DNA of 61,180 bases, counting the filler, from Catajapyx aquilonaris (lineage: Eukaryota), in NCBI GenBank assembly GCA_000934665.2. It is 2 parts of 2 records of this genome, joined end to end, with 100 filler letters (N's around TTAATTAATTAA, not from the genome) between each part and the next. Parts side by side here need not be neighbours in the genome. Positions count along the whole stretch, not along the records: positions 1 to 30,505 come from JYFJ02004628.1; 1 more part is not named here. One strand, given 5' to 3'. Shown here in pieces: positions 14,036 to 25,574 of the stretch. Position numbers and translations under genes: made by a program. Numbering within the stretch: position 1 is the first letter of the stretch; each line of letters starts with the position of its first letter. The notes under the pieces were generated by a model. It was not told the origin of the DNA, did no database searches, and saw only the letters and a list, made by a program, of their open reading frames with translations.

Positions 14036-16062
14036 CTCCCCTATTCCTTCCCTCCCCTGCTTTTATCTGTAGGGGAAGGTAGTCCTCGAGAGCGCTTATT
14101 GCATTGGAAATCTGGCTGCCATTAATGTTTAGGCTGTCCCCTGCGCTTCTGTGGAGTGGACCAGCAGGTCTAGGATACTATCTAGTGTCGTACCCGATAT
14201 GGAAAGTACAAACAATGTACTTATTCAGAATTAGTCAAATGTGACCCTTCAGGAGGGAAGCCATTTTTTAAAAAATTCAAGAGCGCATGCGTGTGACGTC
14301 AGAATCCGCATGCGCCTTGCTCTCTGACGCCATCCATCTTTGATATGTGTTGCGTTGAAGGTTGATATAATTTCCAGCAAAGCGCGTTGTGGCACAATAG
14401 TTGTTTAATAAGGGAGCAGGTAGGAAGTGGCCCGTGTATTATGGAGGCTTAAATCCGGGGGCTTCCTTGGCGACACCCGGAGTACCCCTCGACCAATATA
14501 ATGGAATGATTCATGGAGCTTGGATGCAGAAGCAAGCTTGGAGAGAGAGGGAGAGAGAAGCTGGGCCAGTGTTTGAAGGGACGGCTTGGCTCTCTGAATG
14601 GTCGGCCTGGGATGTTGCGATTGTCCGGATCTTCCTGTTGCATCAGCTGAAAATAAAAAATGGACCCGACGGTGCCAGTAATACATGTGGAGTCGCGACC
14701 TCCCTGTACTTGTGCTGGATTTTCCCAGAGGGCTAACTGCAACATCGCGCTTCATAATGTCGACAGATCTTTTGCTGAAAAAAAGCGCAGTGTTGCAATC
14801 AGGCATATCTGCTCAGAAACAGCCATATATTTTTTTTTCTCCCCGCGTCCCAACCCAGCCGCCATCTCTCTCAGGCCCTGGCGCTACACGGGTTATATGC
14901 GGTTCCCAGAATGGCTCGATTTTGATGAGCACAAGAGGAAAACAATGACAAACAACGCCTGACTTTGGCAAATGCATTTAGGCTTCAGTGACGGTAGCTT
15001 TCAAGAGTGGAGTGGGAGTGGGACAGACAGCATGGTGGCCCCTAATGGGCCGGGCGATTAATTGTCTTTTGTCCCGGGCCTTCATATAGAAATGCGCAAG
15101 TATAATTATTTTCCACGAGTCGTCCTCAGTTTTATGGGTACATAAAGGGAGAGCTTTGTTCCGGCAGTGTCTGCTTGCTGACATTTTTTTTCCAGGTGTG
15201 TTCAGGTGACACTCAGTATATTAACTATTCAAAAGAAATTATCTGCTAGTATCGATCTAGAGCTGTAAAAAGTTCTTAGCTTGCATGCCGCATCCACACG
15301 CACTGGGTCTGCTGCTGGGGGTATCGCTATTTAAATTCTTGGCGAAATCGTAATCCTTGTTCTTGAGTAAGCCTTCTACTTATGGCTCCCCGGGGAGCTA
15401 TCTGAATGCGGGTAATCTTGATCCGATTTGGAGGCCGACGTTGTAATGGGATAGAGTTGTGACGCTAACTTGATATTGCGATCGTGTGGCCTTTACGGAG
15501 AATTACCTGGCGTTTAGAGCGGGAGTTTTGCTTTCTGGTGCGAGGCGGATGGGGTACAAGTGGCAGTTGAAGCCCTTGGGCTGCAGCTATTGGAATGAAT
15601 GGAGTTGCCTTCCTTAACCAACGACTGTGAAGACGCTGCTCCCCCTATTCACTCGGATTAATTAAGCCTCGCATAAATAGAATGTGATTGCCTCGCCTTG
15701 CCTCCTGGCGGTTATGTTCTCGCCAATGGAAACTTTGCCTGTTCTGCTTACTTATTTCTGGGGGGAATACAACTTTTTTTTTTCACTGCTTATTGAGAAA
15801 TTTTTTGGGGAGTCCCTATTGATGCTTAGTTGGAATGAATGCACTGGCCTCAAAAACCGCAATTATTCTGGATTTGTCCTTTTTTTACGATTCTATATAC
15901 AGTTAGGGGTTGATATACTTTTTTGAAGGAAACAGTTTTCTGCGTAAAATTCAGACCGCGGAGGAAAAATATAGGTAGGGCCTGCCCTCACCTTCACATG
16001 CTTTGAATACGGAATGAGATTGGTTGACTTCATATTTTTTGTGTGTCTGGTTTGTTTCTCAG

Positions 16063-16452
16063 GCCGCTTCGTCTGTGGTGAAAGCCCTGAAGGTCCACCA
16101 GCAGCAGCTCCAAGAAGCTAGCAAGCTGCGGGAAGGCAACGGAGCAAGCATTGGAGGCGGCGGAGGAGGAGGCGGTGGCGCCGGAGGAGGCACCGGGGGA
16201 CAGACGGCTTCGGAGCAGGCCGCGGCGGCGTCGGCAGCTTCGGCGTCGGCGGCGTCGGCGGCCAGCAGCAATGGCCAGGCCAGCCCTCCATCCCCACCCT
16301 CAGCCCCGGGGCCACCCCCGCCCTCGCTGGCCCAGCAGCTTCTGATGGCCCCAGGACTGCATCAAATGCAGCAACTCCTGCAGCAGCAACTCCTCAGCCC
16401 AGCCCAGCTCCAGTCTCTCATGCAGCATCAAACGCTGCTCTTCCAACAGCAG
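16063..16452 (+). CDS. FoxP: FoxP coding exon (G/A/P-rich, then Q-rich segment); upstream exon(s) with the start codon not identified
   Basis: tttgtttctcAG|GCC ... CAG|GTAAGA; 390 nt, phase 0-0; AASSVVKALKVHQQQLQE...LLSPAQLQSLMQHQTLLFQQQ, resembling the FoxP N-terminal Q-rich 'LSPxQLQ' segment. Confidence 0.85.
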
Positions 16453-17095
16453 GTAAGACCACACACTCCAGCAATAAAGCACAACACAGCAATATGAACC
16501 ATCTTTGCTAGGCTCCCCAATCTTCGGATGCTGCTTAACTTCCCCCAGACTAATTGAGCCAAATGCGCGCCGTATTTCCAGCATTTCCCTTTGGAAGTTT
16601 GAGGAAGGAAACTCGTAATCTTATCAGGCGCGTCTGGGAAAACGACTTGGTGTAAATGATTTTGGGGGGGAAATGGACGCCTGCCTCTCCCCGGGTAGTT
16701 ATTCATGGGGTATATTTGCAAGGGCCATCACCGGGCTCGAATTGTTTGGACTCTCGGACGAAAGCGCCCGATGTTTGTATTTCGCTTTCTCACTCCTCCA
16801 CCACCACCACCCCCCATGACGACAAGCAAGGGACTGTTGTTTACTTTGAAGTTTTCGTGTTGAGGATCTAAACTCACCCCCCTTTTCCCTCCACCTCCTC
16901 CTCCTCCCATCGTATAGAGTGGTAGGGGGTATACTCATCCACCCCTTTAGGATCTGGTAAACAAGAAAGGTTGTTGCTCCGAACAACGGCGCGAATGGAG
17001 CGTTGTAGGGATATATAGAAGTGACGGAAACCAACCGCCTCTCTTCTTCTTCTCTCCTCCCTTTCGATTCAACCTACCATTGGCATCGACTGAAG

Positions 17096-17354
17096 CAGCA
17101 GCAGCAGCAGTTGGCGGAGTTGGGCCGAAAGCAGCTGGAGCAGGTGATGCAGCAGCTCCAGGAGCAGTTGCAGCTCAACCTGCTTCAGCAGACGCACCTG
17201 CTTCAGGCTGGAGACAAGAAGAAGGCTTCAGCCGCCCTTCAGCAGCTGGCTCTGCAGCAGCAACAGCTGATGCAGCAGCTTCAGCTCACTCAGAGGCAGT
17301 ACCTCCTCCAGCAGGGGATCGGACTCCAGCACATGGTGCTTCCTCAGAGTGCAG
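17096..17354 (+). CDS. FoxP: FoxP coding exon, glutamine-rich domain
   Basis: Pyrimidine tract then tgaAG|CAGCAG...; QQQQQLAELGRKQLEQVMQQLQEQLQLNLLQQ...QRQYLLQQG; donor G|GTAACA (phase 1). Exact acceptor is ambiguous because of tandem CAGs. Confidence 0.88.
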
Positions 17355-17421
17355 GTAACATCGCCTTCTTGTGACCTGTTGGCGGGTTTGTATGAGTTGT
17401 GACCGGAGTGTGTATGTCCAG

Positions 17422-17517
17422 GTTTGAACCACGGAGAGGTTGCAAGCATGTGGAAGGAGAACCAGAACGAGGTGATGGAAGCTGTCAACGCCCATAAGAA
17501 GAACGGTGGTCCTAACG
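17422..17517 (+). CDS. FoxP: FoxP coding exon
   Basis: tgtccAG|GT...AACG|GTAGGT; 96 nt, phase 1-1; GLNHGEVASMWKENQNE resembles the FoxP 'GLSPAEIQQLWKE' motif; absent from the ORF track. Confidence 0.8.
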
Positions 17518-17574
17518 GTAGGTGCTGACCTTTTCCAGCTAAATGTCTGGCAAGCTATATGGTGTTTTGTTCAG

Positions 17575-17788
17575 GACTCCTGGCGGCCCTGCCATGCCTG
17601 CCCCAGAACCAGGACGGAGGGATGAACGGCGTGTCCGGCATGAAGGAAGAGAGTCCCGGATTGGTGTCCGCCGAGAACGGAGCCTCCGGAGCAGCGTCCA
17701 GCGAGAAGAGTCACCCCCTGTACGGACATGGGGTGTGCAAGTGGCCCGGATGCGAGGCCATCTGCGATGACTTCCAGAGCTTTAGCAA
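17575..17788 (+). CDS. FoxP: FoxP exon, first part of the C2H2 zinc finger
   Basis: ttgttcAG|GA...[33 protein letters not shown] is the FoxP zinc-finger signature. Confidence 0.95.
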
Positions 17789-18380
17789 GTAAGAGGACAT
17801 ACCCTCTCAAGCTATAATGATTTGCTCAGTTGATTGATTCCGGGAGATTTCACAAAAGAATGCGCCCATAAAGGGACGCGGGGGCTACAAGAATGATTAA
17901 AACTTGATAGAATTCTTTCTTAAGAGTGATAAATTCAGTTTGGCCGTCTCCCACCACCAACTGATTGGCGGCAAATCCGAGCATTAAGCCAAACTTTGTG
18001 GGCATGAGGAAGGAGCAGTGAGCGAAACAAAAGAGGGAGTCCTCAAGATTACTTTTTTTTCCTTACTTCTTCTTCTTAATTATCCTGGGAGTCGTGTAAG
18101 TGTGAAAAAAGGGTTTGCAGGGCCGGCGAATTAAAACGATGGCATTTTTCTCAGCTCCAGAGAAGGGGAAGTAAAAGTAGTAGGGTGGAGGGTTAGGGTG
18201 GGGGTTGGGAAAAGAATTCTTGATTGAACCCCACAGCTGTAAATAGACTGCCCATTAGAATGCCAGGGGAAGAGATCGAGTTGGGGGTCATGGAAGTGGA
18301 ATGGAAAGATAGCAGTTTTTTTTCTCCCTTCTCACGACTTTAAAAAAAATATTTCAAAGCTATATTCCGGCATCTTTCAG

Positions 18381-18591
18381 ACACCTGAACACAGAGCACA
18401 CCCTGGACGACCGGTCGACGGCCCAGGCGCGTGTTCAGATGCAGGTTGTGTCCCAACTGGAGCTGCAGCTTCAGAAGGAGAGGGACCGGCTTCAGGCCAT
18501 GATGCAGCACCTGCACATGAGCAAACAGCAAGCGGCAGCCAACGCGGCCGAGCAGCCAAAGCCTGAACCGCCCATATCCATGGCCGACTTG
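18381..18591 (+). CDS. FoxP: FoxP exon, end of zinc finger plus leucine zipper
   Basis: ctttcAG|A CAC...[56 protein letters not shown]. Confidence 0.97.
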
Positions 18592-19127
18592 GTGAGGGAA
18601 TGTGTACGTTTTCGTAAATACTCAACCCAAAAATATCTTTGGCTCTAAATCCATCCGTCTGCTGGTGTACGGAAATGTGTTCAAAAATGGACACGACTTG
18701 CCTTCTGGCAGTTAGATATAGAGATTCAGCTGAAACTTGATTTGCTCTGGCCACGTGGTCTAATTTTGTTGCTGTAACATTCGTAGTCATTACTTCCATA
18801 TTGTATGATGATGGACTTTTTAAAAATTCACATATTGCATTCTATAAGATTAAATGACGAATGCTTTAACAGAGACGTAACTTGCATCATGAATGTCCAT
18901 TTAGCACATGTCCGTACATTTTCCCATGAGCTTACTAGGCTACTGACATCACTCTGACGCCAATATGGCTTTATTGAAGTCAGTATCCAAGCAAGGTTCG
19001 ACACACCCGTAACAATCAGGCATTGTAGTACTTCCCCCTACTAACTAGGCACTTTTCACGTTCTCAACTCTCTTTTCGCCTGACACAGTATGTAAACTTG
19101 GAGTGGGACTTGTTGTCTTGCCGACAG

Positions 19128-19350
19128 AGCGCTCCCCCTTTGCCCAAGCTGTCCCTGTCGTCGTCGGTGCTAAGTCCAGGCCCGGTCCAGGGCCTCAACG
19201 CTTCCCCGGTTTGCCAGGTGGCGCCGGTGTCCATGGCGGCGCTGGTGTCTGCGGCGCAGGCGCCCTCGCTCCTCCAACCCCCGACGCCCACCATGGCGGG
19301 ACCCATCCGACGTCGGATCAGCGACAAAGCCTCGCTGCCACTCTCGGGAG
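19128..19350 (+). CDS. FoxP: FoxP exon, linker (alternative in-frame acceptor at 19089)
   Basis: cAG|AGC...G|GTCAGT; ends in GPIRRRISDKASLPLSG, the FoxP 'GPIRRR.SDK' motif. Confidence 0.88.
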
Positions 19351-20174
19351 GTCAGTCCTAACTTCTGACTCATCCTGTACATTTTTAACTACAAAGCACT
19401 AACATGATTCTGGTGCCCTTAACACATCTTGTAGGATATTTCTTGCTAGATCCTGCCCCGTGTTATTTACCGCAGCTTGTGGGTTATTTTTCGGATAAGT
19501 ACTGTACGTAAATAATGAACATGACAAGCATTTTGAGCAGACTTTGAGGCCAGATCGCACCTGTGATGGGCAGGAATTTGTCTCCAATTATGAGACGTCA
19601 TGTATGAAGAAAGAATGTGTCTTTGAGGGCTAGAGATGGGTGGGAAAAAGAGCACTTTGATGGCACTAGGAGGACCTCATGAAACGTGATTGCGGAGGGG
19701 GAGAGCGACGGCAAACTAGACGTTGATTCGGTTAGGCGCGCTTGCGGAGAAGGCATTCCCCTCCCTGCTGCCTTCCCGTAGTCTTGGGGATGCTATAGTT
19801 GCTAAGATGCAAATGCATCAGGTGCGCAGTTTTCAGGTGCGGAGAGGGGGTAGTTGGAAGGAGAGGGGGAGGTGTTGGGAGTTCATTTCCTTAACTGCCT
19901 TTGCCTGCTGGGTGGGTTTAATGGGCCTCAACATCGACTAAACTGTTGTAATCATTTTCGCATCAGGAACAGTTACGCCTGATGTTTCAAGCCAGGTAGA
20001 GGAAAAACGGTTTATTGTTGAAATGTCGGCAGGATGAGATGTGAATTGAAATTGTGCAAAAGCGGCTGACTTGCACCAAATGGGCATTCAATTTTATTTT
20101 TTTTTTACCTTGACGGTTTCCCTTTTTTACTCTATTTTTCCTCTACCTCTCTTTGGCCGCCACCAACCTAACAG

Positions 20175-20219
20175 CGCTTCCCTATATGATGGAAAGAGCT
20201 GGGCTTGATGTCCAACAAG
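20175..20219 (+). CDS. FoxP: FoxP 45-nt small exon
   Basis: Long pyrimidine tract, ctaacAG|CG...CAAG|GTAATG; phase 1-1; (A)LPYMMERAGLDVQQ matches the insect FoxP 'LPYMLERAGLDVQQ' segment as I recall it. Confidence 0.88.
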
Positions 20220-21645
20220 GTAATGGCATGCCTCCACCTTGCACTTGGCCTACTGTGTCGCATGATGCATGTCCCATGTGTAGATTAGAAATTAGTACGT
20301 GTGGGTCGCATCCAAGAGCATGACACTGAAAGCAACTGGAAGAGAAATTGACCAGTTAGTTGCAGCATACTAAAATACTAATAACAGTTCCGGTCACCTT
20401 CAGGTTGCGTTCAGCTAGTCAGCTCAGCCCCTAAAAAATCATGGCAACATGATGAGCTCGATGAAAATTATTTGGGTAACTGGCAGGTGGCTTCATTGTT
20501 GAGATTCATTGCGAATCCAGCGATTATGAAAGCATAGGGCCACCGACTATTTTACACAGAAAATTATAGCGCTTGTTGCTGCTGGAGGCAATGTTGGTTT
20601 TATTGCGAGAGTGAAATTTGCAGCACTTTCTCGCCGCCTGTGCCGGGGCTTTTATACAGTGATGCGAACCGCACAATATTAGTTTCGAGAGCGTGCGACT
20701 AGACAACACAAGTCTCGAGCCTTCCCCACTGCATGTTAACATCGAAATGGCGTGTTGTCTCACTTTTGCCTCTTTTCTCACCTTTGCCAAGAAAACCCTC
20801 CTAAATATCTCAGAGGGGGGGCTCGATAGGTTAGGAGTCGGCGCGACAACCGTTTTGAAATATGCATCCTTTACACTGTACGTTACACTGCTCTAAGCTT
20901 TAGTTATGGATTAACTAATTGCTTGGACAATGCGCCACATTGTTGGAAACCCCTGCAGGACATAAATAAATAGTAGGCGGATTTTGAGGAGCCCTTTGGC
21001 CTTTTATACTGCCAAAAAAATATATAAGAAGGGTGTTTTATGCATGCAGAAGGTGACGTCTGAATTTTGATCCGTCCATTAATTGATTCCAAATTTTATC
21101 ATCCTGGCTTGTGGAGCGGAAGGAGGAGAAAAACCTGCCGCTTTTTCCAGAGAAAATGGCAGCGCAGCTTTTAATTCAGAGTTTGATTTTTTGGGAGGGT
21201 TGGAACGGAAAAAAGGAGTTAAAATACATAAAAAGGGTGCCGTGTCGATTCTTTTTTTCCCCAATTTTTCGGATTTTTTTATTGAGCTGCCGTTCATGTG
21301 TAATCCCCCCCTGCCTTTTCCCTCCCATCTTCGGGAGTGTTGCACTGAAAAAGTTCCGCGGTTTCTTGTCTGGATGTGCACTGTATAGCTGTTTCTTAGA
21401 GCTGCATTGTATGTACTCAGTTGCGCTGCTAGAATATTAGAGCTATAGATGCGAGATTTGTTTTTGTTCAGCCCCTTCTCGATTATAGCGTATTGAACAA
21501 CCCGCTGGGGAGATCGGACTCGAAACAAGGTAATTAATTAGCAAAAAAAGAGAAAAAGATTTGCTGGACCCAAGATGGCGGACCCAAGATGGCGCCCATT
21601 TCGTTGTACGGGTAAACTTCAACCCACGTTGAAACAGAGATTTGT

Positions 21646-21683
21646 GAACAAAAGTGACTACCTTCCACGTGGCTGCGTTTCGC
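21646..21683 (+). promoter_or_regulatory. Intronic element exactly complementary to FoxP exon end plus 5' splice site (22374-22411); candidate editing-complementary or splice-regulatory sequence
   Basis: gaacaaaagtgactaccttccacgtggctgcgtttcgc is the exact reverse complement of gcgaaacgcagccacgtggaag|gtagtcacttttgttc; function is inferred. Confidence 0.75.
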
Positions 21684-22107
21684 AGCCAGTGGCAGGAAAT
21701 TTGCGATTTTGGGAACCTCTTTTGACGGAAGTCTAGAAAACCAAAAATGTACAAAAGCAGCGAGCAACACCGACCAGAAGCAGCACAGCCCCCCCCCCTA
21801 CCCCCCTATTTAAGCACTAAAGTTTTAAGCGTGATCAATATGCGAAAAACGGCAAAGAGAACCGATAGTTTGACAAACGTTCTCATTGATTATTGTGTGT
21901 TGCAACTTTTAACCTACGAGCCCCCTACACTTTTCCACATCATTCTTTACCTACCCCCCCTGTACAGTATCCCCTTCGACCTTTTCACGCTTTGCCGAAC
22001 ATGGTTGCAAAAAGTACGACAATACATTTTGCACTTCAGAACAAACCGTCACGATGATTAGAACTCAAAAAACTCAAGCCTGGCTTGTGTCTTTCTTCCC
22101 TTTTCAG

Positions 22108-22184
22108 AAATCCAGCGAAATCGAGAGTTCTACAAGAATGCCGACGTGCGTCCGCCTTTCACATACGCTTCTTTAATACGCCAG
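22108..22184 (+). CDS. FoxP: FoxP exon, start of forkhead domain
   Basis: ttttcAG|AA...[35 protein letters not shown]. Confidence 0.97.
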
Positions 22185-22293
22185 GTGAGTTACTGTACAC
22201 ACGAAATACACGACAAAGTTAGAGAAAATTTTCGAAAGAAAAAAAAAAAAAGCCTCACTGCACTATCCCCCAAATTTTTCTTGTCGGTTGCAG

Positions 22294-22395
22294 GCGATCA
22301 TTGAGGCTCCGGACAAGCAGCTAACCCTCAACGAGATCTACAATTGGTTCCAAAATACCTTCTGCTACTTCCGGCGAAACGCAGCCACGTGGAAG
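22294..22395 (+). CDS. FoxP: FoxP exon, forkhead helices 1-2 to start of helix 3
   Basis: ttgcAG|GCG...[43 protein letters not shown]. Confidence 0.97.
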
Positions 22396-24681
22396 GTAGT
22401 CACTTTTGTTCCTTATCTCTGTGTGAATGTGTGTGTAGGTGCAAGTAGATTAATTGCTTGACCACTTCAAAAGGCAAAACAGTAGTGTAGGAATTTTCAA
22501 ATGTTGCCGCCATTTTTTTACAATTGGAAAAAAAAATTGTGATTTAAAAAAAAAAAACTGGCGATCTGTCTTTTCAGTCGCATGCCCATTGTCTTGTGTA
22601 TGTACTTTGTAACTTTCCTCCTCAGGTTTTTCCACACTGAAAAGAACAACAATCCGTGCTTCTTGAGCCTGGAAAAAAAATAATCAGAAGTTTCCGGAGA
22701 TTGTTGTACTTTTCGAGAGATTTTCTTTCCCCACCGGCACAGCTAAGCACCGTCCACTCGCGAAACACATTGTTCACAAAACACGTATCACACCCGTCTT
22801 TATTTTTGGATACGAATGTGAGAGAACATGACCATTTTGAAGGAAAAAAAAGCACCACATTGACTGCAATGCACTAAAAAGGCGAAAATTAACATCTGTT
22901 AGTTAAATTCAACAATTTCTGTTTGGCTTTTTTAAATATAAAAAAGGGCAAAACATCTTAATGAGCTGTGTACTCAAACATTACAAAGTTAAATCAATAG
23001 TTAATTTTGTAATTGACTAAAACTGTCGTTAACTTCAGAAATTGGTGCAGTTAACAAACAAAAGTAATTTTCTTCTTTTTAGCGTCATATGTCAGAAAAG
23101 TTTCAGACAGACGTATCCTGAACTTGTAAGGTGAAAGTGTGATCTAGTAAGGTGAAAATAGAAATTAATGTCACCTTCATCTTACTGATGTATATGATGA
23201 TACGTTTAGGCGAAATATTTTCTGATAGTTAATATGGCGTGTTTTTTTTCCTAATATTATTTTATTGATTGCAAGTGTCGAACGAGTGTGTGAATGCAAG
23301 TACGACTTATTCCACTCACATTTTTTTTTTTTCAAGTACTCGAACCCAACCGATCGTAATGAAACACTTGGAACCGCAACATACCTTTTATAGTTTTGGC
23401 GTGCGTGTTTGTGTGTTTTTTGTGTGTTCCTTACCACACCCACCCCACTTATTTGTCACTTGCATCGTACAATTTACCTAAATTTTTTTTTGAACGCTTC
23501 TTTTCTGTTAGCATTTTTAAGTTTCTAGTTCTAATTTTTGTGGGCCGGAGCCGTTTTTGATTCCATTTTTCCACTCATTGAAACAAGTTTTAAAACGAAG
23601 AATTTTTGAATTGTCCCCCCCCCCCCCCTTGCCTTTTCTTAAGGGTGGGCGAATTTTCTTTTTCTTCAAATTTTTCTTTTTGGGGGGAGGCTTGGAAGCA
23701 AAGAAAAGGCGCCGACATTATTTTCCCCTCTTTTCCCCCACCGTTCCTTTTTGGAGCGAGACCTACCTTTTCTTTTCTTTCCCTTCCGGTCCTCACACTT
23801 CCTTTTTGTTGCTGGGGAGTCTGTTTACTGAGCCGAAGCTGCTCTTGAAGATTAGGTTACAGCTAGGGACAATATTGACATGTAGAATATGTAAATACCT
23901 GGCACTGTTTACTCAAAAATGCAACCAATATATATGCAAATGCCCATGAATAATGGAATGCATCAAGGCCAGGAGTTTTGTCTGAGTGTAAAGATTTTGT
24001 TCGGCCTGGGTAGGAGGGCTGCCTCAAGTTTCAGTTAATAGACACGTTTTTAATATTTATCACGTCTTTCCCTTTTGTAATTTGAACTCCATTTACGTTT
24101 TGCTTCATTTCGGCCCGAGTGTTTTCCCGGGCACAATAATTGTTTTTCTGCAAATGTAGCTGGGGTCTTTTCGAGTTGGCGGGTTACAAAGTAGATGGCA
24201 GGGACTTCTTCTTGGTTTTTTTGCTTTTTTATAAAACCGCGCTTTTAGTCCGCGATTCCTGAGGTAGGGAGAGGAAAAGTTTGCTCTGTACAAACGACGT
24301 CGGTGGAAATTCGCAACGGCGTGAAGTTTGCTAGGAATCTTCCCCTCCTTCTTCCTTTTACCCCGAAAAACCTTGGACTTATCCATGCATCTCTAAGCAA
24401 ATGGCATGGGGTGGGTTTTTGGAGGTTTTTGGTCCGTGTTTTACCGTGCTTCCGGCCCAACAGTAACAATAGAACCATATATAAAACCAACCCCCCCACG
24501 CCACATGTTTTTTCAAGGGGGGGAATTGTCCGGATGTATGTGGCTAAAAAATCTTTTTTGTCCCTCCCCAACCATTGGTTTGATTTTCTCGACCATACAA
24601 AAAAATAGGAAAAAAACACCAAAAAAGAGAAAGAAATTGAGTTTGCCTTGCTTACTCTTGTGTGTGTATTATTTTGTATAG

Positions 24682-24834
<153 letters not shown>

Positions 24835-25398
24835 TAGGTGGCATGTGACCGGCGTACCGTCCAACTCCGGCTAACCCCTTCTGGCAATCATTTCGATTTG
24901 AACAATCACTGTTTTTTCCTCTCGGAATTTTTCACTCCATTTTTCTCTCTCTTTTATACATCTTATACGTATTCTTAAGGAAATCAGCGTATTGTTGTGT
25001 ATACCAAGGGTGTGTGTAAACCCGTCTCTACGAATTTTGGGCGTTTTCTCTGAATGTTGTTGTACTTTTTGGTGTGTTGTTATCTCTCTCTCCTGCGATA
25101 CCCTGCGTTGTTTCCTTCTACCCTCAAACCATGTTTTTCGCTATCTGGTATTTTTACTCTATCGAGACGGCATTACTACACGACGTATTACAGAAGGAGG
25201 CTGCACACAGATGGGAAGAAGGTACCCCCAAATTGAACATGAGTTGCCATGAAGGGGGCCGGAAGGGTTGGATTTATTTTTCTCTGCTCTCTCTACTACT
25301 ACTCATCCCCCTACCACCGAGTTTTTTCCATACTTTTTTCTCTTTAAAACTTTGTCTTTTTCTCTCTTTTCTCTTTCTTGGTGCTCTATGTCATACAG

Positions 25399-25574
25399 AA
25401 CGCGATCCGCACCAATCTCTCACTGCACAAGTGTTTTGTGCGCTATGAAGACGACTTTGGCTCCTTCTGGATGGTGGACGATGCAGAGTTTATCAAGCGG
25501 CGACATCTTTCTCGTGGCCGACCACGGAAATATGACCCCACCCCGTCACCCACTCCACCCCACCTCTCTGCACA
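25399..25574 (+). CDS. FoxP: FoxP mutually exclusive forkhead exon B (divergent paralogue)
   Basis: catacAG|AAC...[55 protein letters not shown]...; phase 0-2, same as exon A. Confidence 0.95.

Noticed and set aside
1..16000. Dozens of 60-290 aa ORFs (e.g. 8584-9420, 10811-11671, 7382-8017)
   Set aside because: Low-complexity G/C-run translations, overlapping on both strands, with no recognisable domain or exon structure; consistent with intronic or regulatory DNA.
21443..21754. - strand ORF containing 'RNAATWK', suggesting a second Fox gene
   Set aside because: The match includes intron sequence (VVTFV) and spans only 38 nt; it is the antisense element reported as the top finding, not a paralogue.
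24285..24460. Further partial complementarity to 25171-25194 and to the end of exon B
   Set aside because: Needs several bulges and many G-U pairs; cannot be distinguished from chance by eye.
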